Assembly: GCA_030390025.1 (NCBI GenBank) | Contig: CM059431.1 | Location: 139,130,001-139,194,000, forward strand | Source of the DNA: Squalus acanthias | Lineage: Eukaryota | Length of the DNA stretch: 64,000 nucleotides | Reading direction: 5' to 3' | Shown: positions 50,560-64,000 of the stretch, one piece after another | How positions within the stretch are numbered: the first letter of the stretch is position 1 | Layout: each line of letters begins with the position of its first letter | Notes under the pieces: model-generated | What the model was told of the DNA's origin: nothing | Databases searched by the model: none | What the model saw: only the letters and a program-made list of their open reading frames with translations | Translations under genes and position numbers: made by a program

Positions 50560-51625
50560 TTGCCAGCTGGCATCATCCCTGCCAAAGACAACACGGAAAG
50601 TATATTCACTGAAAAAGGACCTGCAGTTGTGCTGACAAACAAGGGGGCATTCAGAGCACGTGATTGAAACAATAAATAAGGGAACTATAATATCGACCAA
50701 TCGACAACACTGCAGCATCAACTCAGGACAAGACTCAGGCAATTCCAGACCAGCCCAACCAGAATATCCTTCCTGACTACCATCTGGGGACTGGTGCTAA
50801 TTTGGAGGAGCTCCCCGACAGATTGCTCAAGCAACAGCTTGATACAGATTATATTTACAAAGGCAGTCTCCCAGACTACTGCATGTGTTGTGAGAGTACT
50901 GGCAGTGTGGAGTGACCTACTTGATCAGATCTTCAATAATGCACCAGTCAGAGACACGTCTGTAGACGATTGCTTTCACCGATGTAACCACCACACAATC
51001 CTTCTATTGACAAGGCCTGGACTCCACAATGAGAACACTCTCTATTGTGCAGTTCTACCAGTGAGGCAATAGCTAGTAGCCAGATACTGGGCGTGCATAA
51101 GGTGTTGTGGGCCCTTCAAAATCGCAGAATTATATCCCTCGACAATGTCTGATGCCTGACCTATACAATTCTACAATCTACCGGCACTATAATGTAAAAA
51201 TTCCAACTATGGGTTTAATTGGGGACAATTAAATAACTTGACAGGAACAAGAGCATTGAAATTGAGAATGAGGCACTAACTTAGTGAAACTACAATTAAA
51301 CCAAAAACGGCAAAAGCAGAGTGTTGCAGATCAAGTTAATGTGTTCCACGGCCAAACAATAAGAACTAAGCGTACACTGCCTGCCGCATCCATTTATTAA
51401 TGGGAGTGGCAACAGGAGATTATTAAGCAGGGGAGGGTCCAAGACACCCCGGTGATGGAAACAAGGCTTCAGTGTTCGAAGCAGATTCAGCCAAAAGTGA
51501 AATTTTAACGAGCAAACGTGGCTCCCATAAGCATTCAGCCCAGCGTCAAGCCAATGGAGGTCTCCCCACGTGACATTAGGAAGCACTGGAACAAACTGAC
51601 CACAGAGATAATGGGTCCTAACAGA
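50560..51625 (+). mobile_element. Very old LINE ORF2 remnant (endonuclease/linker)
   Basis: LLDQIFNN and SIQP..PRDIRK...MGP remnants. Confidence 0.45.
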
Positions 51626-51632
51626 ACCCTAG

Positions 51633-52185
51633 TTAAGAACATAAGAAATAGGAGCTGGAGTCTGCCATTTGGCCCTTCAAAAACATCATGGCTCATCTTC
51701 TACGTCAAGTCCACCTTTCACAATAGTCCCATATTATTTGGTACCCTTAGTATCCAAAAATCCATCTCTGTTCTGAAAATATACTAAACGAAAGAGCATC
51801 CACATCACTCTGGGGTACATAATTGCAAGGATTCACAACCCTCTGAGTGAAGACATTTCTCCTCATCTCGAACCTAAATGACTGACCCCTTATTCTGAGA
51901 GAGTGACACCTACTTCTAGACTCCCCAGCCAGGGGAAACATCCTCCAAACATTTATCCTGTCAAGCCTCTTAAGAATTGTATACGTTTCAATGAGATTAC
52001 CTCTAGGAAATATATGGATAGTCTCCTCAATATCTCCTCATAGGACATTCCCACCCCTTCCTATCCCAGGAATAAGTCTGGCAGACCATCGTTCCACTCC
52101 CTCTAAGGCAAGTATATGCTTCCTCAGGTAAGGAGACAAAAACTGTACACAATACTCCAGGTGTGGTCTCACCAAGGCCCTCTAT
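51633..52185 (-). mobile_element. CR1 3' fragment
   Basis: MFPLAGESRSRCHSLRIRG..MRRNVFTQRVVN; aagaacataagaa tail. Confidence 0.85.
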
Positions 52186-52224
52186 ATTTACAATAATTTT
52201 TCTTTATCCTACACACCAATCCAT

Positions 52225-53900
52225 TTAGGTGAACGCAGTAACTGTGTAATTAGAGATAGAGGACAGGGTAATTTAGGGGAACACAGTAACAGTGTAATTA
52301 GAGACAGAGGGCAGGGTAATTTAGGGGAACACAGTAACTGTGCAATTAGAGATAGAAGAGAGGGTAATTTAGGGGAACACAGTAACTGTGTAATTAGAGA
52401 TAGAGGACAGGGTCATTTAGGGGAACACAGTAACTGAGTAATTAGAGATAGAGGACAGGGTCATTTAGGTGAACACAGTAACTGTTTCATTAGAGATAGA
52501 GGGCAGGGTAATTTAGGTAAACACAGTAACTGTGTAATTAGCGATAGCGGACAGGGTAATTTAGGGGAACACAGTAACTGTGTAATTAGAGATAGAGTAC
52601 AGGGTAATTTAGGGGAACACATGAACAGCTTAATTAGAGATAATGGACAGTGTAAATTAGGGGAACACAGTAACTGTTTAATTAGTAATAGTGGACAGGG
52701 TAATTTAGGGGAACACAGTAACAGTTTAATTAGAGATAATGGACAGGGTAAATTAGGGGAACACAATAACTGTTTAATTATAGATAGAGGACAGGGTAAT
52801 TTAGGGGAACAAAGTAACAGTTTAATTAGAGATAGAGGACAGGGTAATTTAGGGGAACACAGTAACTGTAATTAGAGATAGAGGACAGGGTAATTTAGGG
52901 GAACACAGTAACTGTGTAATTAGAGATAGAGGACAGGGTAATTTAGGGGAACACAGTAACTCTGTAATTAGAGATAGAGGACACGGTAATTTAGGGGATC
53001 ACAGTAACTGTAATTAGAGATAGAGGACAGGGTAATTTAGATGAACACAGTAACTCTGTAATTAGAGATAGAGGACAGGGTAATTTAGGGGAACACAGTA
53101 ACTGTGTAATTAGAGATCGAGGACAGGGTAATTTAGGGGAACACAGTAACTGTGTAATTAGAGATAGAGGACAGGGTAATTTAGGGGAACACAGTAACTG
53201 TGTAATTAGAGAAAGAGAAATGGGTAATTTAGGGGAACACAGTAACAGTTAAATTAGAGATAAGGACAGGGTAAATTAGGGGAACACAGTAACTGTGTAA
53301 TTAGCGATAGAGGACAGGGTAGTTTAGGTGAACACAGTAACTGTGTAATTAGAGATAGAGGACAGGATAATTCATGCGAACACAGTAACTGTGTAATTAG
53401 AGATATAGGACAGGGTAATTTAGGGGAACACAGTAACTTTGTAATTAGTGATAGAGGACAGGGTAATTTAGGGGAACACAGTAACTGTGTAATTAGAGAT
53501 AGAGGACAGGGTCATTTAGGGGAACACAGTAACTCTGTAATTAGAGATAGAGGACAGGGAAATTTAGGTGAACACAGTAACTGTTTAAATGTAAATAGTG
53601 GACAGGGTAATTTAGGGGTACACAGTAACTGTGTAATTAGAGATAGAGGACACGGTAATTTAGGGGAATGCAGTAACTCTTTAATTAGTAATAGAGGACA
53701 GGGGAAGTAAGGGGAACATGTTAACTTTTTAATTCGAAATAGAGGACAGGAGAATTATGGGGAATGCTGTAACTGTTTAATTATAAATTGGGACCAGGGG
53801 GAACATAAACCATTTATTTAGAAGTAGGTTCATGTAAAGATATTAACCGTTTAATAACAAATAGAGGGCACGGGAATGCCAGGAGAACACAACAACTGTT
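52225..53900. repeat. 48-bp tandem satellite
   Basis: Unit aattagagatagaggacagggtaatttaggggaacacagtaactgtgt, about 30 homogeneous copies that decay at the right end. Confidence 0.97.
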
Positions 53901-53904
53901 CAAT

Positions 53905-54070
53905 AAGAATAGCAAAATAGAGCGGTTGCTGGAAATCTGAAATAACAACAGAAAATGCTGGAAACACTCAGCAGGTCAGGCCGCATCGAGGAGAGAGAAA
54001 CAGAGTCAACGTTTCGGAACGAACCCTTCAACAGAATTGGAAAAGTATAGGGAAGAGAGATTTTTAAGTA
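53905..54070 (-). mobile_element. Penelope-like terminal-repeat remnant
   Basis: gctggaaatctgaaataacaacagaaaatgctggaaacactcagcaggtcaggc...agagtcaacgtttc. Confidence 0.75.
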
Positions 54071-54454
54071 GTGGCTGTTTAATTCGAAACGTGGGCGAGA
54101 ATCACAACCATATGGGGTGGAATTTGACACTCTAATGTAATGGTTAACTTTGCTTTCTATTTTACTTTTTGATTTTGGATGATGTGGTTGATTACATATC
54201 GACTTCTCACGATTGTACTTGGGTGCAGATACATCGCATCTGAGTCTGATGGAGTGAAAACCTCTGCATGAAGCCTGACTGGTGACTTAAGTACTGTTGG
54301 TCGTCTGACTCCAATTAAATGAGAATGTGCCTGTTACACAGAATTACTCGCTACTCATAATCACTGCCCCAGAAGCTGGATGGCAGCCGGATTGGCAAAG
54401 CCTGGTCTCCACAGAGACTTGAAACCAAGTGGAGTTTGGCTTTTACAGAAACTC

Positions 54455-54852
54455 AGGATCAAGTGGTTTGTTGCCGGTGCCACGTGCTAGCGAGTTGAGG
54501 AACAGGGAGAGAGTGCAGATAAACACGTGGCTGCAGGGATGGTGTAGGGGGGAGGGTTTCAGTTATGTGGATAGTAGGAGCACATTCTGGGGAAGGTGGG
54601 ACCTGTACAAACAGGACGGTTTGCACCTGAACCAGAGGGGCACCAATATTCTGGGAGGGAAATTTGCTACGGCTCTTCGGGGGGGTTTAAACTAATTTGT
54701 CAGGGGGATGGGAAAAAGGGCTGTAGTCCACGAGCCAGTGGTGAGTGTAGGGAGGTACTGAGGAGGGTATCAAGGTCGCAGGAATGTACCGGCAGACAGG
54801 AAGATGGCTTGAAGTGTGTCTACTTCAATGCAAGGAGCATCCGGAATAAGGT
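54455..54852 (+). mobile_element. CR1 fragment (ORF1 end to ORF2 start)
   Basis: SGLLPVPRA...FWGRWDLYKQDGLHLN*, then LKCVYFNARSIRNK. Confidence 0.88.
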
Positions 54853-55085
54853 AACATAGAAACATAGAAACATAGAAACATAGAAACATAGAAACATAGA
54901 CATAGAAACATAGAAACATAGAAACATAGAAACATAGACATAGAAACATAGAAACATAGAAACATAGAAACATAGAATCTAGGAGCAGGAGTAGGCCATT
55001 CGGCCCGTCGAGCCTGCTCCGCCATTCAATACGATCATGGCTGATCATCCAAATCCAGTACCCTGTCCCTGCTTTAATCCCCACA
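54853..55085 (-). mobile_element. CR1 3' end with expanded (aacataga)n tail
   Basis: About 15 copies of the 8-mer, then ggagcaggagtaggccattcggccc. Confidence 0.88.
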
Positions 55086-55240
55086 GTACACCTATCCCAC
55101 CCTACCCCCGTAACCCCACGTATTTAATTCCCCCTAACATATCCCATCCTATCCCCATAACCCCACAAATTTAATCCCCCCTAACACTAAGGGTCAATTT
55201 ATCATAGCCAAATCAACCTAACCCACACATTTTTGGACTG
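55086..55240 (-). mobile_element. V-SINE/HE1-like SINE fragment
   Basis: acactaagggtcaatttatcatagccaaatcaacctaacccacacatttttggactg. Confidence 0.55.
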
Positions 55241-56162
55241 AAGGGTGGATCAGTAAATTTGATGATGGCACCAAAATTGGTGGAGTAGTGGATGAGGTGG
55301 AGGGCAGTTGTAGGCTGCAAAGAGACATTGATAGGATGCAGAGCTGGGCCGAAAAATGGCAGATGGAATTTAACCCTGATAAGTGCGAGGTGATTCATTT
55401 TGGTAGGGCAAATTTGAATAAGGATTACAGGGTCAACGGCAGGGTTCTGAGGAACGTGGAGGAGCAGAGGGATCTGGGGGTTCATATCCACAGATCTCTG
55501 AAGGTTGCCACTCAAGTGGATAGAGCAGTAAAGAAGGCCTATGGTGTGTTGGCGTTTATTAACAGAGGGTTTGAGTTTAAGAACCGTGAGGTTATGCTGC
55601 AACTGTACAGGACCTTGGTGAGACCACATTTGGAATATTGTGTGCAGTTCTGGTCACCTCACTATAGGAAGGACGTAGAAGCATTGGAAAGAGTGCAAAG
55701 GAGATTTACCAGGATGCTGCCTGGTTTGGGGGGGGGGTCTTATGAGGAAAGATTGAGGGAGTTGGGGCTTTTCTCTTTAGAGCGGAGGAGGATGAGAGGC
55801 GACTTAATAGAGGTTTATAAGATGATGAGGGGGATAGAGAGAGTGGATGTTCAGAGACTATTTCCTCGGGTAGAGGCAGCTGTTACAAGGGGGCATAACT
55901 ATAAGGTGCATGGGGGGGAGATATAGAAGGGATGTCCGAGGTAGATTCTTTACTCAGAGAGTGGTTGGGGTGTGGAATGGACTGCTTGCTGTGATAGTGG
56001 AGTCGGGCACTTTAGGAACTTTCAAGCGGTTATTGGATAAGCACATGGAGCACACCAGAGTGATTGGGAGTGTGATAGCTTGATCTTGGTCTCGGACAAT
56101 GCTCGGCACAACATCGAGGGCCGAAGGGCCTGTACTGTGCTGTACTGTTCTATGTTCTATGT
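55241..56162 (+). mobile_element. CR1 3' portion
   Basis: 212-aa ORF WQMEFNPDKCEVIHFG...LVRPHLEYCVQFW; tail gttctatgttctatg. Confidence 0.92.
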
Positions 56163-56739
56163 AAGTGGAACTTTGAAGAGCGACGGGTAAAGGGGGCACT
56201 TGATCACAATTAATAAATGAAGCTCGTTCACAAAGTACTGAAGCTATTGTTAGCGAAAGGTTTTCAATCAGGTTCTTGAACAATGAAGTGAGGTAGCATA
56301 GGTATTTTTAGCACACAGTATATGCAATAGTACTTAAACATACAATTAAAGGTACTAACCACAATCACAGCTGCTGATTGTTGGTTGGGGATTCAAACGT
56401 GTTGTAGTTCTGAACTCAGTTTCTTGGACCATTGCGAATGCTCATTCCAAACTGACACAGTTCCACTGCCTCTTCATATCAATCCTCACAATTTTGCATT
56501 ATCTAATCATATAGAAGTGAAAATACAACTCCATATAAGGAAAATTTAACGGACTCATCTTTTTATCATAAATGATAGTTTCATTTACTTAAAGAGCACG
56601 TTTTCCTTTGGGCTGACACGCAATTTACCTTAGTTCATTATATTACCAATAATTTCACTCTTGTTCCTTTAATTGCAATTCGACCAACTGCATACTTTAA
56701 TTATAACTCTGTCTTTATTTCTGCACCATTTGTACCAAT

Positions 56740-57072
56740 TAACTCGCCCAGGTTCCTTAGGCAGCACCTCCCAAACCCGTAAACTTTTCCACCTAGAAGG
56801 ACAAGGGCAGCAGGCCCAGGGGCACACCACCACTCAAGTTCCCCTCCAAGTCTCACACTATCATGACTTGGAAGTTTATCGCCGTTTTTTTTATCACCGT
56901 TTGTTCAAAATCCTGGAACTCCCTCCCTAACAGCACTGTAGGAATACCTTCACCACAGGGACTGCAGCGGTTCAAGAGGTTGGACCACCAGCACCTTCTC
57001 AAGGGCAATTAGGGACGGGCAATAAATGCTGGCCCTGCCAGCGCCGCCCACATCCCATGAACGAATAAAAAA
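56740..57072 (+). mobile_element. Retroposon 3' end (LINE/SINE, family unassigned)
   Basis: Ends gcaataaatgctggccctgccagcgccgcccacatcccatgaacgaataaaaaaa; absent from the paralogous cassette. Confidence 0.6.
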
Positions 57073-57349
57073 ATGATGATGACAGTCCAGATGTTTATCT
57101 TTAAATAATTAACAGATTTCCAACACTGTTATCAAATGATTAAAGTTCTCTGAAATGTATGAATCAGTTTACAATGACATGTCTTTAATTACATTTCTTC
57201 TTACTGCAACCTGAATCTCACCATTGCTGCAGGGTGAGCCCTCGCTCCTCAGCTCAGTGCTACTTTAAATTGACTGCTTAACAGGCAAAGGCTAAAGGTT
57301 AACATTACTACAATATTAAGATAAACCAATACAGTATAATATTATCAGA

Positions 57350-59880
57350 CTTCAGGAGCGTCTGATTCTCCCTTCCCGTACAGTGCCCTCTGTCGTAGCA
57401 TTAGAGTATTTAAGGTCAGCATTAAACAATACGGTGGAGGAGGATTTCCTAGAGTGTTTAAGGGATGGTTTCCTAAACCAATATGTTGAGGAACCAACTA
57501 GAGGGGAGGCCATCCTAGACTGGGTGTTGTGTAATGAGGAAGGACTAATCAGCAATCTTGTGGGGCGAGGCCCCTTGGGGAAGAGTGACCATAGTATGGT
57601 GGAGTTCTACATTAGGATGGAGAAGGAAACAGTTAATTCAGAGACCATGGTCCAGAACTTAAATAAGGGCAACTTTGAGAGTATGAGGCGTGAATTGGCG
57701 AGGTTAGATTGGCAAGCGATATTTAAGGGGTTATCAGTGGAAGGGCAATGGCAGACATTTAGAGATCGCATGGATGAACTACAGCAATTGTACATCCCTG
57801 TCTGGCATAAAAATAAAAAAGGGAAGGTGGATCAACCATGGCTAACAAGGGAAATCAGGGATAGTATTAAAAGCAAGGAAGTGGCATACAAATTGGCCAG
57901 AAGTAGCAGCAAACCCGGGGACTGGGAGAACTTTAAAACTCAGCAGAGGAGGACGAAGGGTTTGATTAGGGCAGGGAAAATAAAATATGAAAGGAAGCTT
58001 GAGGAGAACATTAAAACGGACTGCAAAAGCTTCTATAAATATGTAAAAAGAAAGAGGTTAGTAAAAACAAACGTAGGTCCCCTGCAGTCAGAAACAGGGG
58101 AAGCAATAATGGGGAACAAAGAAATGGCAGATCAATTGAACAAGTACTTTGGTTCGGTGTTTACTGTGGAGGACACAAACAACCTTCCGGAAATAAAAGA
58201 GACCAAAGGATCTGGTAAGAGGGAGGAGCTGAGGGAAATCCTTATCAGTCGGGAAAAGGTGTTGGGGAAATTGATGGGACTGAAGGCTGATAAATCCCAG
58301 GGAATGATGGTCTGCATCCCAGAGTACTTAAGGAGGTGGCCTTGGAAATAGTGGATGCATTGACGATCATTTTCCAACATTCCTTAGACTCTGGATCAGT
58401 TCCGAAGGAGTGGAGGGTGGCTAATGTAACCCCTCTTTTTAAAAAAGGAGGGAGGGAGAAAGCAGGGAATTATAGACTGGTCAGCCTGACATCGGTGGTG
58501 GGTAAAATGATGGAATCAATTATGAAAGATGTCATAACAGACTATTTGGAAAGTGGCGACATGATAGGTCCAAGTCAGCATGGATTTGTGAAAGGGAAAT
58601 CATGCTTGACAAATCTTCTGGAATTTTTTGTGGATGTTTGCAATAGGGTGGACGGGGGGGAACCAGTAGATGTGGTGTATTTGGACTTTCAGAAGGCCTT
58701 CGACAAGGTCCCACACAAGAGATTGGTGTGCAAAGTTAAAGCACATGGGATTGGGGGTAATGTGTTGACGTGGATTGACAACTGTTTGGCACACAGGAAA
58801 CAAAGAGTAGGAGTAAATGGGTACTTTTCAGAATGGCAGGCAGTGACCAGTGGGGTACCGCAGGGTTCGGTGCTGGGGCCCCAGCTGTTTACATTATATA
58901 TTAATGATTTGGACGAAGGGATTAATTGTAATATCTCCAAATTTGCGGATGACACTAAATTGGGAGGCAGTGTGAACAATGAGGAGGATGCTAGGAGGCT
59001 ACAGAGTGACTTGGACAGGTTGGGTGAATGGGCAAATGTATGGCAGATGAAGTACAATGTGGATAAATGTGAGGTTATCCACTTTGGTGGTAAAAATAGG
59101 GAGGCAGACTATTACCTGAATGGTGGCAGATTAGGGAAAGGGGAGGTGCAACGAGACCTGGGCGTCATGGTACATCAGTCACTGAAGGTGGGAAGGCAAG
59201 TGCAGCTGGCAGTCAAGTAAGCAAATGGCATGATGGCCTTCATGGCAAGGGGATTTGAGTACAGGAGTAGCGAGGTGATGCTACAGTTGTACAGGGCCTT
59301 GGTGAGTCCACACCTGGAGTATTGTGTGCAGTTTTGGTCTCCTAACTCGAGGAAGGACATTCTTGCTATTGAGGGAGTGCAACGAAGGTTCACTAGATTG
59401 ATTCCTGGGATGGCCAGACTGACATATCAAGAAAGACTGGATCAACTGAACTTGTATCCTCTGGAGTTCAGAAGAATGCGGGGTGATCTTATAGAGACGT
59501 TTAAAATCCTGACTGGTTTAGACAAATTAGATGCGGGCAGAATGTTTCCAATGTTAGGGGAAACTAAAACCAGGGCTCACAGTCTAAGGATAAAGGGGAA
59601 GCCATTTAAGACTGAGATGAGGAGGAACTTCTTCACCCAGAGAGTGGTGAATCTGTGGAATTCTCTACCACAGAAGGTTGTTGAGGCCAGTTCGCTAAAT
59701 ATATTCAAAAGGGAGTTAGATATAATACTCACAACTAGGGGGATCAAGGGGTATGGCGAGAAAGCAGGAATGGGGTACTGAGGTAACATGTTCAGCCATG
59801 AACGCATTGAATGGCGGTGCAGGCTCGAAGGACTGAATGGTCTACTCCTGCACCTATTTTCTATGTTTCTATGTTTCTAT
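57350..59880 (+). mobile_element. Young 5'-truncated CR1 (endonuclease C-terminus plus RT)
   Basis: Three long ORFs (322, 294 and 183 aa) with PTRGEAILDWVL, SDH and FADDTK; (tttctatg)n tail. Confidence 0.95.
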
Positions 59881-61211
59881 CTCATCAGCAACGTATATCT
59901 ATCGCGGTGTATTCTTTTGTGCAGATCTCTACCGATGGGTTTTACACATTAAACTCTCCAGAGCCACATTAACCTTTTCAAGTAGGGTTGTTTTCAGCAT
60001 GATTGACCGTGTCTTGGACCTGTTCGCCATGGAATCTTCATCATGAATATCGCAGGCTAGCTGCTTTTGCACAACACGTCACTTCTGCACACACAGCGAT
60101 AATCCAAGATCATGCAGCGCAATACATCCGACACAAACCATTCCTGCCCTTTCTGTCAAACCGGGGGGGGGTTGGGGGGGAGGGGGAGGGCGGATTCTTT
60201 AGGTGTTAAATTTTAAGATAACAACTACATTCTTCTCATTATTCAGTTTAAGCAAGAACACAACCATCTCCAACGGAAAGCTATCAATTAAACATCTTAA
60301 CTAAAATGCATGGACTTTCATGAGATTTGCATTGATTCCAGACTTATATCTTTTGGCGAGTCGTGCAAAGGTGACTTACGTTAAGAAGGGACGTGATAGT
60401 ATATGTAGAATGAGATAGTTTCCATTAGTTGAGGATCAAGAACTAACTGCCACAACTAAAAGGATAAATGGAAGAGATTTAGAACTGAGTGCAGGACAAC
60501 CCTCTTTACACGGAGAGTTGTGAGGCTGTGGATTGGATATAACAATGAATAAAAATAGGTTGATGGGATGCTGAGATAAGGCGGGTAAAGTGAATGGAAC
60601 TATTTTCTCGGGTGCAGTGTAAACGCGGACACGGACTGGTTGGGTATAATTATCTGTCCCCTGTTTTCAATTCTACAACATTGTGATGACCAGTTGAGAT
60701 TTTCAGTAAATATCTGTGAACAAAGATGTCTAATGTCTCATTGACGAGTCAAGTTCCTAAAGTCTCCATCATTAGACACTGATCAGGAGACAGGGCCCCG
60801 TTCTATTGGTCCAGGAGACAATGGGGGGCGGAGTCTGATGGGGAGACCAGCGCCTGCAACATTCACACCGAGATTACAGAATTACAGATAACCACAATTG
60901 TAAAACATTGTTTCTACACTAAAGGAATCTTTAATTATTAATTAAAGTGGAGCGTCTCATTCCAGTGCCTGCGGTGTGAGGCAGATAACGCTGGGGCCCA
61001 CATGTTCCACTCCGCTGCTGAAGCTCAGTCATGACTGTTCTCTTTGAATCTTGAGCGGGAAATGCGCTGTTTTAGGAGAAATTCATTATGTTCACCGGAG
61101 AAAGCAGCAGACATCAGACACACGGCACAAATTGGGAGAAATGTTTTCTGATCCTTTTTATTTTCACAACAGCAAACAGTTTGGACCGGGATCTTTGTTT
61201 TATGTTTTCAT

Positions 61212-62920
61212 TTATTTCCAAATAATTGTCCAAGGTGTTTTCATCGCCTGCTTCAGCTCTTCCCTGAATTTAGTTTGAGTAGCTGCATAAATACACGTGT
61301 TTGTATAGGAACTCAAATACATGAGCATATATCCGGTTTCAGTGGCAATATAGGCAGGGGCGGCATAATCGCCTCGGTAATCCGCGGTGTTTGTCAGTCT
61401 GGTAATTAAATTAGTAACGCTAGTTGTCAGCCACAACAGTATGAAACTGACCGATAGAGTGAACAGTAAAATGATGGATTTCCTTCGGTTTTTCATCTCT
61501 GGATCGCTCTGATTCTCACTGCTGTGACCCCGGAGTCCACCTGCGGGGCTCTACTGGCCACTATAATACGTCTGGCTGTCAAACAATTAAACAGTAATAT
61601 CAAAGCAAAACTAAGCCAAGAAAAACAAATGCTACGTAACCAGGAAAACGCCACTCCTACAGGCGATGAAGAAAACTCCGCTCTGGGTCGGCAACCCCAG
61701 TGAACATTGTTAATTATTCGCTCAGGTTGAAATGCAAACCAAAACACGAGGCTCTGTCAACAGATCAGGACAGAGATCGTTGTTATAACCGCGGCCGCAG
61801 TTCTCACTCTGCAATACTTGGTTTTAAACTTCTCACAACATATAGCTACAAATCTGCCAAATGTGAACGAGACTGTGAACCACGCCGACAAATACAAGGT
61901 GACACATTGCAGGTATATAATTAACTTACAAACGGCAGTTAACGATAGGAAGGAATGTGGAAAGTGATAACGTAAAATGCGGTTCACTAATATATTGATG
62001 ATCATGACCAGTAGATCTGCTGTTGCCATGGCCACCATGTAGAAAAAGATACATTTGGAAAGTCCGCAGCTTCCTCTGGAGAGAATCACGATTGTCAGTA
62101 GGTTCGCTGTGAGAAAGAGGGACAAGAGGTCAGTAACGGGGTCATTTAGATAAATCTCACAGATTATTGTGGGGAAATGTTCGGATGTGTCCCTATTTAG
62201 TGTTATGCGCATGGATTTTTTCATTAATATAGGCGATGGTGAAGACACTTTACTTAAAATAATGACATCACTGAACGTTCAATATCGAGGGACTGAAAAT
62301 CCACCGTCCGTCCAGCAAACTTCAGTCAAGTATTAAATATAATTACACAGCAATTAATGGAAAGATATAATTCAAATAAAACATTCAAATGCGATTAAAG
62401 AAAACATTCACATTATACTCAAACGCTGCCGAGAGGAGGGGAGCACCTTCCTGAGCGGAAATTATTTCCTAAAATACCTTTCAAAATCCCCTGTTGGGTG
62501 GAAGTTTCTGCAGTCCGAATTATTATCAACTTAATTTAGACAGGGAACAACGGCACAAATTATGTGATTAATATGGGCACTGAGCTACACATTCTTAATG
62601 AGCTATGTGTTGTTGGAGATGCCGGGGAAACAGCCTCGCCCTCCCTCAGTATAGGGAGGAACATTGAGCGCCCGGTGCCCGCGATCTAGCGACCAGAACA
62701 GCGCCTCAGCGCGACCGACTTGGATTGCCGTTGATTTTCACCGACTGATCCCGGTGAATAAATGACTCTGCAATGTGGACATTCTGGGAATCTGTTACAT
62801 TAACACTGTGATAGTCAACAGGCATTAGGCAACAGAATACATTGACTTACCGGGAATGCCAAATGCTGCGAGGATATGGTAGTAAATGTCCCGTAACTGC
62901 AGAATTAGTGGCCGTACCAT
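61212..62920 (-). pseudogene. GPR139/GPR142-like GPCR copy 2; exon 1 62920-62851, exon 2 62106-61212; nonsense plus frameshift
   Basis: Exon 1 MVRPLILQLRDIYYHILAAFGIP with GTAAGT donor. TGA at 61757-61759 (TTA in copy 1); +1 insertion at ~61546; DRF changed to GRF. Confidence 0.9.
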
Positions 62921-63356
62921 TGTTTTGAAGATTTGTGCGAATTCAGCGCAGCTTTACAATTCCGACTGGAGTGTTTCTGAGATCCGTAAATGCTCCTTCT
63001 TTATAGAACAATCGGTGCCCCGCTGAGATAATCAGATTGCACAATAATTGGCGTTAGTTCCAGTAACTTAACAAACAAGGGGCGATTTTCAACCTCAGTG
63101 CGCCCGGGCCTCCACTGGGGAAATTGAGCAGTTCAGTCCATGAAACTCCGTCCATTAAAATCAATGAACGGAAAGTAATCGCCGAGGCAATGGACTCTGC
63201 GCATGTCCAGTAAACCCTGAAGGATAAAGCAAACGTTCACCCGGACACTGCAGTGATTTCTTGGAGCCTCATCTTAATTTGGCGAAATCGTCACTCATCC
63301 ATTGCATAATTAAAATGTGTTTTGTACTTTGGTGATGAATGATGTTGAATCGGCTC

Positions 63357-64000
63357 TTACTTTACTGGTGGTAACTCTACTCTAACATTACTGGTGGTGA
63401 CCCTACTCTAACATTACTGGTGCTGACTCTACTCCAGCATTACTGGTGGTGACTCTACTCTAACATTACTGGTGCTGACTCTACTCTAACTTTACTGGTG
63501 CTGACTCTACTCTAACATTACTGGTGGTGACCCTACTCTAACATTACTGGTGCTGACTCTACTCCAGCATTACTGGTGGTGACTCTACTCTAACATTACT
63601 GGTGCTGACTCTACTCTAACTTTACTGGTGCTGACTCTACTCTAACATTACTGGTGGTGACTCTACTCTAACATTACTGGTCATGTCTCTACTCCAGCAT
63701 TACTGGTGGTGACTCTACTCTAACATTACTGGTGGTGACCCTATTCTAACATTACTGGTCGTGACTCTACTCTAACATTACTGGTGGTGACTCTACTCTA
63801 ATATTACTGGAGGTGACTCTACTCTAACATTACTGGTGGTGACCCTACTCTAACATCACTGGTGCTGACTCTACTCCAGCATTACTGGTGGTGACTCTAC
63901 TCTAACATTACTGGTGGTGACTCTACTCTAACATTACTGGTCATGTCTCTACTCCAGCATTACTGGTGGTGACTCTACTCTAACATTACTGGTGGTGACT
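63357..64000. repeat. 26-bp satellite, second array (runs off the window)
   Basis: ctactctaacattactggtggtgact units. Confidence 0.97.

Noticed and set aside
52461..52875. 16-aa repeat ORFs (CSPKLPCPLSLITQLL and its antisense)
   Set aside because: Result of a 48-bp unit divisible by 3; broken by indels and without gene structure.
54770..55084. ORFs with FYVSMFLC repeats
   Set aside because: Translation of the CR1 8-bp tail microsatellite.

Overview
Repeat-dense vertebrate genomic DNA, most likely a cartilaginous fish. This is inferred from the CR1 3' tails, DeuSINE/V-SINE-like elements, Penelope remnants and GPR139-like gene copies. No intact host gene is evident. The window contains: many CR1 LINE copies, one near full length (34466-39050); Penelope-like element (PLE) ends carrying minimal hammerhead-ribozyme motifs; a Harbinger-type MITE; a field of decayed tRNA genes (9.3-19.6 kb); three satellites (~61, 48 and 26 bp units); and two disabled two-exon GPR139/142-like GPCR genes, each in a duplicated cassette bracketed by the 48-bp and 26-bp satellites. 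The most notable element is a gag-deleted endogenous retrovirus-like provirus (40161-49806). Its pol has two RNase H domains. Its env has a signal peptide, an Ig-like domain, a Thr/Pro stalk, an RQRR furin site and a Cys-rich F-protein-like fusion subunit, which resembles lokiretroviruses. All family assignments are by eye; no database search was run, and most repeat boundaries are approximate.
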